Shown: one piece after another, positions 13,901-26,118 of the stretch
Layout: each line of letters starts with the position of its first letter
Position numbering within the stretch: position 1 is the first letter of the stretch
From: Sphagnum compactum
Lineage: Eukaryota
DNA length: 64,000 bases
NCBI GenBank assembly: GCA_965153455.1
Contig: OZ234493.1
Location: 7,368,213 to 7,432,212, forward strand
Direction of reading: 5' to 3'
Translations under genes and position numbers: made by a program
Notes under the pieces: model-generated
The model's database searches: none
What the model saw: only the letters and a program-made list of their open reading frames with translations
Told to the model about the DNA's origin: nothing

Positions 13901-16031
13901 TCATGTCTTAAATTTGTTTGTGAGCATGTGACTAAAACACCAACAAACATGATGTGATAACACTTGGAAACTTAATTGTAATCTTTAAGCTATTTATTTT
14001 CTATCGAATTCATTTTGTAGTCACCTTATCTAACCATGTTACATTAGTGATTTCTTGTGGAAACTTTTGATTTTTTTGTGAGCTTTTTGGGGGAAAAGAA
14101 CATTTGGAAAGCAACGTTTATGGGTGTAAAACATGTCTAAAAACAAAATTCACCACTTTATGTGAAACTAAAGAGATTGAAAAAGAAATAAAGGTGGTGT
14201 TTAAAGTTTTATTACTTTTCATGATTTTTATTTTGATTTGCCATACCATGAATGATATACCATGAATTGCATGTTGCTATTCCATCTTCACATACCTACA
14301 TGGAGGGATTTTCAAGTGTGGATGACAATTCAACAACCATAGTAAACGTGCAATTAATACTAGGCAATTTCACATCCATGCCATTGACAACCTCCATGGC
14401 TCATAGGATTGGCAGCTATTACTCCCCACTCCCATCATTAACTCCCCACAATAAGTTTATGGAAATACATATAATAATTTGGCTAAAACTCTGAATAAAC
14501 AATTACAAAAAAGTTTGCATATGTAGAGTGGATTCCATAATTTGGAAGCACAAAAATAGTTACAATAAGTTGGTTGGTAGTCAAGAGACATGACTTTGTA
14601 AGAGAAGAAAAAGGGGACTCAATAGGTAGATGTTTTGGTGACCTAATCATCCCCAACAATCACCAAAAAAAGGGGCAAACGTTGAAAAGACAAAAACATA
14701 TTTGATGCAAAACAACATGTAGACGTATTAAACAATCAAGCATCAATTGTTCAAACAACCAAAAAAGCTCCCCTACAATGATTGAAACTTTCTCTTTGGA
14801 GAAACCCACAAACATGTTGAAGTACTTTTATGAGTAAAAAGTTATCCATGCACAAAAAATGGACAACCATAATGACTTTGATCCAATTCAAAATATGAAA
14901 AGAATGAGCATGCTACATTTTAAGAGCTTATGTAAAGTCTCACATATACCACTCGCATCCTCTCTCTGCGGGAATTATGGTTTCATTACTGAACTGATTT
15001 ATCTACATATCTGATTTCCCCCCAACATCATGAAATTGCATAATAACATTACCTTACTATCAATCCTTCAGTAGCAAGTGTATCATGGTTGTTAAAATAA
15101 GAGACCCATCAAATTGAGTGCCAACAACACAGCAGTGATCACCGTAGTACATTAACCATGTCTTGCAGAAAGAAACTCTACAAAAGCAGCAGCACTTTGC
15201 ACTTTGCATAGCAGCACAATGGCAGTGACTGGCTCTAATTACTTCCCCACTGAATTTGTCAGCTCATTACAGTGTACACATAAGTGTACAATAATGTGCT
15301 CAGACTTTAGGGCAAGCAGTTATATGGAAAAACCACATCTTGAGTTTCTATTGCATTTCCAGAAGCAACAGGAAAACTCAGTCATGATGTCAGATAACAC
15401 TCACAGAGGTGCATAGCCAATGAAACAAAGTTGATAGAATCCTCATTTCTTGCTGCCACAAGCTTGAGAGGCTATGCTTCATTCTAGTTCACCCCTCTAC
15501 AAGAAGCATCTACAGCAAGCCAAAGAGAGGCCTTCCTGGAGGGTACTGATTGGGGGGCCTCGTGCACCTCAGATATAACCTTTAGTAGTGTACCATAAAG
15601 AAACAAAGCCTACCATAGATTCAGGGTAGACAAATAACTAGATTGCAGCAATGCATTTCAAGCATATTTTTGTCAGTGTCCCGCATGAAGTTCCATTTGC
15701 ATGCAAAAATCTGGCCTGGTGCTATTAAACAGTTAAGTCAACAACAGAAATGGACTGCATGAAAACCCATCATTGTAAACAATATTGTCTTTTATCAACA
15801 TCCCCCAAGAAAAACTGGGATGGAAACCTCAAAATATGGTCTCTGTTGGCATCCACTGTACACAAGAGGCTCCTTTCTGGGAATGAGAACTGTGCACTAT
15901 GTATGTAAGCATACCCAATGAAGATAATATACATGAACAAACACAACAAATCAAAGGGCCACAAACAGTTTAAGAAGACAGGCACAAACAAACTGCACTT
16001 TGAAATTGTGCAAACCTTGATCAGGCCATAA

Positions 16032-17950
16032 TCAAGGCCACAAGGCATCAGAGAGAAGAAATGTTCGGATTCGCTGCAACAGTTCAGCCTTCACATTATC
16101 TGGCACCATAGCTGCACCAGTTCATTACAAAGCAAACAATCATCCAACAGGTCAATCATTCTGGTCTCACCTCAGAATAATAGGGATGGTTTTGACATTC
16201 TGCTTCATGAAATATCTTTCATGAGAATAGAGAAATCTCCGTTCTCACGATTCTGCTTCATGAAAGCAAGAAAAAGCATTGCCATTGACCACTCAACAAA
16301 GTAACCTAAAACTGAATAAGACATAAGAGGTGGGTTGTCCTCATACTGAGAGCATACCTCTGCCTTTTGGTGTTATGGTACGGACAAGGTCATCAACAGT
16401 GATGTTGGCCCGTCCTTTCTTCCTTGTGAAAGCCCTGTGTCACCCAGTCCCTCCCCGTTTACCTTCTGCAAACATATTATTGCAACAAAATGCTTACTTT
16501 CAAGCTGCCTTTGTCTTCTGATTCCATTGCTATTTCAATGCATTTTCACTTCTAATTGTATTATTGCAGCCTCCAGACAATATTGTTAATTGTTGTCTTT
16601 TCCCTCTCCTCTTCCCAAGATCTTTCAGCTTCTAACACATAACAGGAAAATCTTGCTTGAAAGCTTTTTTGTCTGTACTAGAATATCACCTCCTGTATAT
16701 TGCAGATTTTGACTTTCATACATAAGTTACAGGTTTTACTACTCCCAAAACATGAGAGGAAGAAAAACACTTAAGATTCTTCTCTTGTTTGTGTTAATTT
16801 CTTCCCATCCACAAGGGTGTCTCACCTCAAAAATACTCTCTTGAAAATGCCTCACTTTTCTATACACAGCAATAAAAAGCACAAGAGCAGAAACGGCGAA
16901 AGAAGATAACAGGATTTTAGAACAAGATGGGACATGGAAACATGTCCCTGTCCATTTTACCTGCATTGGGCCTTGAGCTCGTCTCTCCAACCACATTCAA
17001 TAAGACGCTCACGCAACAACTCTTTCAATCTCTCCTTCTCCCCACTTTCTATCAACTGAAGCCCATAAATACACAACCCATCCTGAGAATTAAGAGCACT
17101 GTAACTAAACTTTCCTGTCTCCTAAAAAAAAGATGCAGCAGGTAGGATGGGTGCATGTATTCATTCTCTCTGGAACACCAAAGCATGTGAACATGGCATA
17201 AGCAACAAAAGACAGACACAGCCTCAATGAAGAGAAAGAGTTTTCCATGTGACCAACAAAAGTTGCAAAAAACTCTGAGAAAACAGCCCAAGAAAGCTGT
17301 GACAAACACTTGACTCAGTCTTTTGTGACAGTCTTTTGTAAAACCTTAGGAGGTCTATTGATGTATCCAGAGCTGCAATTGATTACCACAGTATAGATGG
17401 GATCAAACTGCTGTGGATCATTGTTACATGCTACCATGATGTCTAAAGGAGATCCAAAAGACTACATGAAAGTTGATTTGCTCTTTTGCCCTAGTCACCA
17501 ACTGGAAAATAGCTTACACCATCATGGATTTGTGACAATCTCATGCTGTCACAGAAGGCGAAAATCTTCAATATCACCTCTGTGATGAAGACGTGATTGT
17601 GTGGATCCAAGATGACGATGGCAAGTTCCAAATTTTTCTTGTTCAAAACATAACATTATAGTCTGTTGAATGACAATTTTTTTAGCAATCCCTTTGGGTG
17701 TGGGTGTTTGTTGTAGCAATCCTCTTCTTACCTTGACATTTATGATCTCCTGAAGTGTCGGCTCTGACTCCTTGTCATTATTCACATCAGGTGTTGGAGG
17801 CCGATTCACTGATGCCCTCCTGCACAAGATTCCAATCCAACAACAACCCCTTCATCCTCTGCCCTCCCCCTCTCTCTCGGTCATCAACCCAGCTCCTTCC
17901 CAGGGTTCCCAGGCTTCTCTTCCCTGCTTAACAGTTCTCACCACCCACAT
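16032..17950 (-). CDS. ENY2: Transcription and mRNA export factor ENY2/SUS1 (SAGA DUB / TREX-2 subunit)
   Basis: Exons read [11 protein letters not shown]...[11 protein letters not shown] (17732-17819) | [32 protein letters not shown] (~16961-17056) | [25 protein letters not shown] (~16358-16434) | [26 protein letters not shown] (TGA at 16032). The start ATG is probably split by an intron (AT|G, ~17950); this is uncertain. Confidence 0.93.
16197..16265 (-). mobile_element. 37-bp hairpin-containing insertion flanked by a 16-bp direct repeat in an ENY2 intron
   Basis: attctgcttcatgaaa at 16197-16212 and 16250-16265, flanking tatctttcatgagaatagagaaatctccgttctcacg. Confidence 0.6.
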
Positions 17951-18909
17951 GGTACATACTTGTTCTCCTGCCTGGGTCTGTGTCTCAACCATCCGTCGCC
18001 GTAACTGGGTGGGAGACAAATCTCTCTGTGTCTCTGTGTCTCTATGTCTCTATTGCTGTGTGTGTCTCTCCAACACTCTCAATCTCTAGGTCTATATAAA
18101 TCCTGGACTGTGGACACAAATGGGTATCTCTCTTCTTGCACATTCGTCCGGCACCAACGAACAAAAACTCTTAATAAACACAGGTGCGGAAGATATGTCA
18201 CACGCTCGACTGACTCCTCTTCTTCTGACAAAAAACCCTAGAAAAAGAAAAAAGACCAAGACGCACAAGCGCACTCACACACACAATCTTCTATCCATTC
18301 GCCCCCCTCCTTATTTTTTGTGATTTTGCGAAAAAAGGAAACATGAAGAAGTAGCAGAAGAAGAAGAGGAAGCAGACATGACAACTTACATGGCGATTGC
18401 AACGGGGGGAGAAGGCAAAAAGCCTCCAGGAACGTCGATGGGTGCTTCAAATCGATCAAGCACTGGATACACCCATCAAGATGAGAAGCGAAAACAGCCC
18501 AAAAACAGTCGAAAAACTTGTTTAACAGCCACAAAAAAAGCCAAGAGATCGTCGCGATGTTTCGCTCCTCCTCACTTCGCTTGTTCCTCGTCGTCGTCTT
18601 CTTCTTCTCTTCGTCTTCTTCGCTTCTTCCAGAGTCCAGATACCTTCTGGCGTTTTGCGTCCCTTACCGCGCGGTGCATCACGCGGCAGCCGCACGGTTC
18701 ATTTTTGTTTTTCCCACAAAGAAGCAACTCTATGTGTGTCTGTGAGAAGGTCTAGGGTTCAAATCCCTGTAACTTTTAGGTTCCACTAGGGATCTTGCCT
18801 TTTTGGATGACATTTTCAAAAGATGATTCTAATATGAAATCTTTCAAAATTGAAGATTTTTTTTTTTGGGTCAATGTCTCTTTGTTGCAAAATGCTTGAG
18901 ATTCTCCCA

Positions 18910-19402
18910 TTTCATTGCTTCTTGTCCAAGCTCTTTTCTTCCAAGAGCAAATCATTCTAAGACCTCTTTAGTCGCTAATGTTTTCAAAGTATAATTGATA
19001 CATAGATTGTTGGAAAAACATGACCTTCAATCCCGTTTCTTTGCTTCTTGTCCAAGCTCTCTTTTTCAAAGAGCAAATCGCTCTAAGACCTCTTTAGTCG
19101 CTATTGTTTTCAAAGTATAATTGATACATAGATTGTTGGAAAAACATGACCTTCAATCCCGTTTCTTAGCTTCTTGTCCAAGCTTTCTTTTTCAAGACCA
19201 AAATCGCTCTAAGACTTCTTTAGTCATTAATGCTTCAAAGTATAATTGATACATAGATTGTTGGAAAAACATGACCTCGAATCCCATTTCTTTGCTTCTT
19301 GTCCAAGCTCTCTTTTTCAAGAGCAAATTGCTCTAAGATTTTTTTAGTTGCTAATGCTTCAAAGTATAATTGATACATAGATTGTTGGAAAAACATGACC
19401 TT
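18910..19402. repeat. Tandem repeat, ~125-126 bp x4
   Basis: The unit ttgcttcttgtccaagctct...gagcaaatcgctctaagacctctttagtcgctaatg...caaagtataattgatacatagattgttggaaaaacatgacc starts at ~18915, 19041, 19167 and 19292. Confidence 0.92.
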
Positions 19403-19884
19403 TAATGTTTGGTGGAAATATTTGGAGGCTTGTAGCACATATGAGCAATATGGACATTTCATTTGATGTTTTTTTAGGGTTGATTAGATGACTTAAATTT
19501 ATATTTACACTCTTTTGTCGCCAACATCTTCACCAACATGATGAGATTATGGATTTTTGTCACAAGATTTGGTTGGAGTTGGAAACATGTTTAAACTTAG
19601 TATGATTTTTTTCATCTTCATGTCATATCTTGCGATTCATTGTTTTTAATGTTTATTCTCCCCCTTTTCCCTCAATCTTGTGGGATTTTTTAGAGCCTGG
19701 TGATTCATAATGTGAAAAGAAAACACAAGTTGGAGTTCAACAACCCTTAATCACTTTACAGAATCATAAATACAAGTTTGTTGATACTGGGATCAATTTG
19801 AAAATAGGACTTTTGTGATTTATGTGATCACATTTTTGATGAATTCAAAAATGTTGTTTATTTAGTGTTGTTTTAATGAATGAT

Positions 19885-20760
19885 GTCATGACTCTAGCCT
19901 TAGACTTGTGACCAAAGTTAAGGCATGAGAAATGAAGAGAATCAAAATAATGTCATGGGACAAAAATACAATCACACAAGTATTCAAGAATGCAACAAAG
20001 TGAATTCTATCAACACTTCCAGATGAATTCCACCTTTGGGAGTTGGAGTTTTGCAAATATTTCAAATATCTGAAACAAAATTGCAAATAACAAACCTTGT
20101 CCAAATTGGGCTTTCTTTAGACTATTGAAAAGGTCTTGAAGCACAAATATAAAAAATGAGCTCCCATCTTTCATTTAAAGATTTAAAGGTCAAAGTTTAT
20201 GGCCAATATAATGATTAGGAATCGGATTAACTATTTGACTTTTGACCACTAAAACCCAAGAAATAGGGGGTCAAATGACCTTTGATTGGATCATGCAATA
20301 TGTCATTGGAAATTTCTTTTACATGCTTATAAAAAAATAAATTGAAAGCTCTTCAATTGGAGTTTGTATGTGGAATAATAAACTTGCAAATTTATGAAAC
20401 TTATAAGTTGCAAAAATGAGGAATTTTTGAAACTTTCATTTGGAAGTCTTGAGAATTTTTGTCACTTTGATACAATCTATCTCGCCAATCACAAAATATA
20501 TTATATAAAAAAAAATTGATGAATGTTTTCATGTCTAGGTTGTGGTAAGTTTTGTGAAAGTTTATTGTGTGTGCTTCATCCATGCATTATTTTGGTTTCA
20601 ATTTGCATTACTTGCCCTTGTTCTTTGTTGTGTAGGTTGGCTTCACTTTTAATTCAACATTTGTGAACTTGTTCTAGTCCCATCATAAAGTTCACATCCA
20701 ACCTTTTTAGGATAAAAAAAACACATTTTAGGTTTGCATTCTATTACAAAATTGAAAACT
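19885..20760 (+). mobile_element. Degenerate copy of the LTR-like repeat at 56005-56922 (a reverse fragment also lies at ~13640-13930)
   Basis: Co-linear motifs ctttgggagttggagt, atttgact...gaccactaaaa and ttctagtcccat match the 56-kb element and are more AT-drifted. Confidence 0.6.
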
Positions 20761-21299
20761 AGTTAGTTTTTTACCTTGATACCACTTGACAAACTTAAGG
20801 TGCATCACTTTTCCACCAGTTTTCATATCTTCTTAAACAATTTTTATTTATTTTTCTTTTTCTTGTTCTCCAAAATGATCTTGACATTATCATGAATATG
20901 CATAGATAATATATTGAGAAATTGTGTAATTGAATTTGAAACAAAACCACATAAAAATGAATTCACTTTCATCCAATAATTACAAGTTGTATCATTAGAA
21001 TTAACATCAATATCATCATGAACTTGAGGATAAAAATTCACAAAATTAAAGTTTTCATACATGTAGTTTCTGCAAAGAAATTTGAGTTGGAATTATAAGC
21101 ATTGTAATCACAATTTTCCTTTGGGTTATAATTATCTTGGAGTAGATTTAATCACATACATCATTGGCAATCTACAAAAAAAAATCCCATTATTACATTT
21201 CAAACATCACTAGTTCAAAAATGGGGTGTAATTTACTAGCTTAAATCATTATAGGACCTTTAAAATGAAATAAGTTCACCCCACCATCATCACTTCACC

Positions 21300-23550
21300 T
21301 TGCCTAAAGTTATTTGCCTAAAGTTATTTCGCTATAGGGTTATGATGTAATCACCATGTTTCATTACGAGCTCACATAATTTGTTATTAGTTGAAATAAT
21401 TTATTATAGTTAAATAGGTTTCTTTTGTGTTGTTGTTTTAAATACCTTAGGTTATCGTATCCTAAACTTTTATAGGTTATTTTATTTTGAGTTATTTTAA
21501 ATTTTATTTTATAATATTCTTAATTATTCTTGGTTATTCACCCTAAAGGGTGTAGGCATGGTCAAGTAGACAAAAAAGTAGTCCACCCAAAATGCAATTT
21601 AAAAATGACATTTTTTTATTATATAAACACATGAAAGTAAATGAAAAACTTGTGTAAGTAGAAATATGAAAAAACATGGCCCTCCATTTAGTTTATGGTA
21701 AGTTGAATACAAAATTTGTATGTGGATTATAACATGCATAATTTGATAGTACACAAGTATTTTCTAAGACTTTCATGATTTGAAAATGGAAAACATTCAA
21801 TATTTCATCTACTTGTAACCCATTTTATAAAATAGGACATTACCTGCAAGTAGATGCAATTTTGTAAAATATATTTAAATCTACATGAAAATGTTCATAT
21901 TTCAAATTATAATATCAAAGTGAAATTTTATCTTCATATTAATCATTGAATAAAATAATATTCCTACTATCAATGCATTAATTTTTTTTTATGTTTACTT
22001 ATTATTTTTTGTGACAAGTAACATTTTTTGTCTACTTGACCATGCCTACACCCTAAACTATTCCAAACTAGATTTTTTTCGTTATTCTAAATTATTCCAC
22101 CCTAATTTGTTTTCAGTTATTTAAGTTGAACCTTTATAAGTTATTCTATGTTATTTTAGGCTAGTTACTATAAGTTTTTATTGGTTATTTTAATACATTC
22201 CACATTAGGGTATCATGGGTTATTCTTGATTATTTTAAATTAATTTAAAATATTTTACTATATGTTATTTATAGGTTATGTAACCCTAAAACAATATTTG
22301 TGATTATTTATTCTAAGTTATTCCAAACCATTATGGGTTATTTTATCATAAGTTAATCTAGGTTGTAACCTTATGATAACTTAGGATGGAATAGCCTAAA
22401 ATAACCAACAATAACCTAAAGTAAAATATTTTATAATAACTTATAATAGCCTAGAATGAAATAACCTAAAATAATTTCAAGTGGAATAATTTAGAATAAC
22501 AAAAAAAAATCAAATCAAATAACCTAGAATATAATAAGGTGGAATAACAAAAATAACAAAAAAACAAAAAACCTAAAAGAACTTAGAATAACTAAAAATA
22601 ACCTAAGGTGCAATAACTTATAATAACTTTAAATAACAATAGGTATAATAATTTATAATAACATAAGGTGTTACAGTTGATAATAACCTAAGGTTAAATA
22701 GCCTAAAATAGCTGAAAATGACCTTATTTAAAAATAACCTTAAGTGGAAACAACCTAAAATAAAATAAAAACTCATAATAACCTAGGGTGGAATAACTTA
22801 TAATAACCGAAAATAGGCTAGGGTGAAATAACAATAAATAATAACACCAAGTAAAATACTTTCAAATAGTCTAAAATAACATAAGGTGGAATAAAAAGAT
22901 GATTGAGAATAAAATAAAATAAAAACCAATAATAACCCAAGGTAAAATAGCTTAAGATGGAATAATCTAAATATCCTAAGGTGAAGTAACTTAAATAACA
23001 TAGGGTGCAATAGTTTAAATAACTTAAGGTGGAATAATTTAGAATAATAAAAAATAAGCTAAAGTAAAATAGTCTAGAATAACATAAGGTAGACTAACAT
23101 AAAATGATAAATAATTGCCTAAAATAGCTTAAAATAGTTCAAAGTGGATTAATAAAAAATAATCTAAGGTGGAATAACCTAAAATAACAAATAATAGCTT
23201 AAGGTAAAAATAACAAAAATAACATAGGGTGAAATAATTTATAATAACTTGTAATAAGTTAGTTTAGAATAGTTGAAACCTCAAATAACCTCAAATAATC
23301 TAGCGTGAAATAATTTAAAATAATATATAATCGTTTACTTTATAAAACTAAAAATAACTTAACATAGCCTAGGGTGTAATAATTTAGAATCACCTAGAGT
23401 GGGATTTTTTTTATAATAATTGAAAATAACCTAGAATAGCCTAGAATGGAATAACCTAGAATAGCTTGGGGTACAATAACTTATAATAGTTTATAGTATG
23501 ATAAATTAGAATAACCAAAGGTGGAATAACTAATGGTGGAATAACTCAAT
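21300..23550. repeat. AT-rich degenerate microrepeat array (aataacctaa / ttaggttatt) with two arms in opposite orientation
   Basis: Units read ttaggttatt/ttattcc up to ~22365 and ggaataacctaaaataa from ~22370 onward. Confidence 0.75.
21548..22053. mobile_element. MITE (non-autonomous DNA transposon), 506 bp, 30-bp perfect TIRs, TAAA target duplication
   Basis: gggtgtaggcatggtcaagtagacaaaaaa (21548-21577) and its exact reverse complement ttttttgtctacttgaccatgcctacaccc (22024-22053); taaa on both sides (21544-47, 22054-57); AT-rich non-coding interior. Confidence 0.9.
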
Positions 23551-24820
23551 TAACTTTTAATTAACTTTTAGTTCAATTGTAATTACCCTTTAGTTAATTT
23601 TCAGTTCACTTTTAATTAAGTTTTAATTAAGTTTTAGTTCACTTTCAATTAACTTTTAGTTAATTTATGGTTGAATCTCAATTCCTTTAATTAAATCTTA
23701 GTTCACTTTTAATTAAATTTTAATTCATTATTAATTCCCACACGGATGAACATGGGCCACACATGGGTCACTCATGGATGAACATGGGTCACATGTAAGT
23801 TGATTTTAAATTTTTTTTTTTTTTTTTGAACTAGGTGTTCAATGGGTATAAATAAAAGTAGAATCCCATATTATTTTCAATGTGTTCAACACCAGTTTTG
23901 GGTATATTTTCTTGTCACAAACTTGTTTTATTCTTATTTTGTTTTTGTAATAAAATCTTGTTGGATTTTTGTTTTTATTTTGTTTGTTTCGCAATTTGAA
24001 ATTGAAATTAGGCCTACTTGTGTTTTCGTTTTGGTTTACGAAATCTTGTAGATTTGATTGTTTTCGTGCTTGTGATAGTAAAAGATCAAATGGAAAAAAA
24101 TGAAATGCATCATTTCTTGATGTATGAATTTCATATTTGTATTTTCATCACCATACAACAATCAATTTGAACATAATGAACAAAGGTTAGTGAAAAACAG
24201 TTCAAGCAACTAATGTTCATTTTTTTTAAAAGTTTGAAATTTTGTTAATTACATACAAATGATTACTTAGTGTAAGGTTGTTTCACAAAGCAAAGAAGGG
24301 GTTTGGATGAAATTTTTTTATGTTTATTTTTGGTGTGTTTGTTTTGTTCTTTTGTAACCTTTGTAGAAATTCTTAAAAGCCTTAATTTTTTTGACATTTT
24401 GGGAACTTTGTTAAGGTTAATGAAAATCATTTCAAGGAACTATTTTTCACGTGTTGTATGAAAGTCAATCATTGCTAATTATGTACAAATAACTATTTAA
24501 TTTGGGGTTGTTTCACAAGATAAGAAGGGAAGCAAGGATGTTAGCTTGTAATTTGAATATGGTTCTCAAGGTAGAGGAACAATTTTGCCAAGGTGGTCTC
24601 CCATTGTTGGACTAAAACACAAGGATTGAATGTAATTTTTTCATATTGTTTGTAGTTTTGTTTTGTTTTTTTGAGACTTTTTAAAAATTATGGAATGTCA
24701 TGCCCGTACATGGCTTCATACATGATGGCCAGTTACGGGCATGCCCATGTGTGTTTTAGGGTTGATGTATAGTCTTAGGCGACTGTACGCCATTAGATAC
24801 TTAGGATTTGTTGACGACGG

Positions 24821-24828
24821 TATAAAAG
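24821..24828 (+). promoter_or_regulatory. Candidate TATA box of the retroelement
   Basis: tataaaag ~125 bp inside the 5' end, followed by a pyrimidine-rich stretch. Motif match only. Confidence 0.4.
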
Positions 24829-25279
24829 GTCCAAACCTTTCTTTCTCCTTTAGTTTTTCTAGAATTCCTTTGTCAGGAGTTTTCTCCATCATAAGCTAGG
24901 ATTTCTAGATGCTCACGGCGGCCATTGCACGGCCACCGTCTACATACACTTCATTTCTTTCTTGCTTTGCATTTCAATTCTAGAAAAACTCTATTCCCTG
25001 TTGCTTCATGTTGAAAGCAACAGATTTCTTATGCTTTTGAAATTCTTGAGTTGTTGCTACTCGTGTTGTTGCTGTCGAAAGGAGCGCGTTACTACTGTTG
25101 CTACTCGTGTTGTTGGAGGGAGCTTTGCGTTTCTTACAACCAACCAAGAGCTTTGCGTTTCTTACAACCAACCAAGCAGGGACAAACGAAGTCGGGACAC
25201 TAGAGAGCAGGTGTCAAAACTTCTCTATTTCTCCCATTCTTTTTCGTTCTTCAAGTTGTCGGGTAAAAAAAAAAAAAAA

Positions 25280-25930
25280 ACGTTGCGAGTTGTAGCGCTG
25301 TCGGACATCGCAGCAACGCTCAGAGGCCCAGCGCGCTGCTGGACATCGCAGCAACACGCTACGAGGTCGAGCGCGCTGCGACGTCCAGCGCGTTGTTGGC
25401 CATCGCAGCAACGTTGCGACGTCCAGTGTGCTGCTGCAGCAGCGCCGCAAGAACGCTGCAAGCTGCAGTGCGTTGCCGGCCAGCGCCGCAACAATGCTGC
25501 GAGCTGCAACGCTCCCGGCCATCGTTGCAGCGTTGTGAGGAGCTGCAGTGTAGCGCCGCCGCCCGCCATTGCCGTAGCGGCGGCTGAGCTCTACACGTTC
25601 GACGTCCGACTTTCGTCGGATGTCCGTCGGATTTTCGTCCGACTTTCGTCGGACGTCCGTTCAACTTTCGTCCGTCGAACTTCCGTCCAACGTCCGGCCT
25701 GCGTCATTGCTGACGTCATCGTCCTGCGTCCGGCCTGCGTCACTGTTGATGTCATCGGCTTGCGTCCCTGCTGACGTCATCGTCATACGTCTTGCTTGTG
25801 TCATTGCTGACGTCATTGCCCTACGTCCTGCTGACGTCATCCACTTGCCGTCCTGTGCCCTGTTGTCTTGTCGACTTGACGTCCTACACCCACGTCCTGC
25901 CGCCTTGACGTTTTACGTGATACCGTAATG
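25280..25930 (+). repeat. CpG-dense microrepeat leader inside the retroelement
   Basis: Three successive unit types: catcgcagcaacg(c/t)tgcg..., gtccgactttcgtcggacgtccg and gctgacgtcatcg...ctgcgtcc. Far richer in GC and CpG than the flanks. Confidence 0.85.
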
Positions 25931-26118
25931 CAGTCCTGCCTTCTACACATTGTGGTCATGCATTTTGTGGTCTTGTGGTCTTGTGTCTTGTAGCTTATCT
26001 TGTTGCATTCTGCCGTACTACTGTCCTGCGATTAGGGAGATTCAAACCATACATTGTGTTAGAATTTTGTAATTGAGGGATTATATTGGTACAAAATTTT
26101 GGGGCATGGGACAACACC

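Noticed and set aside
18238-18755. Ser/Arg-rich ORFs upstream of ENY2
   Set aside because: Low-complexity CT/GA-rich promoter or UTR-like sequence with no domain signal.
24962-25928. 270-aa ORF (24962-25774) and overlapping ORFs on both strands as a possible gag
   Set aside because: They are translations of GC-rich microrepeats and a poly-A run, open in several frames at once, with no capsid or zinc-knuckle motif.
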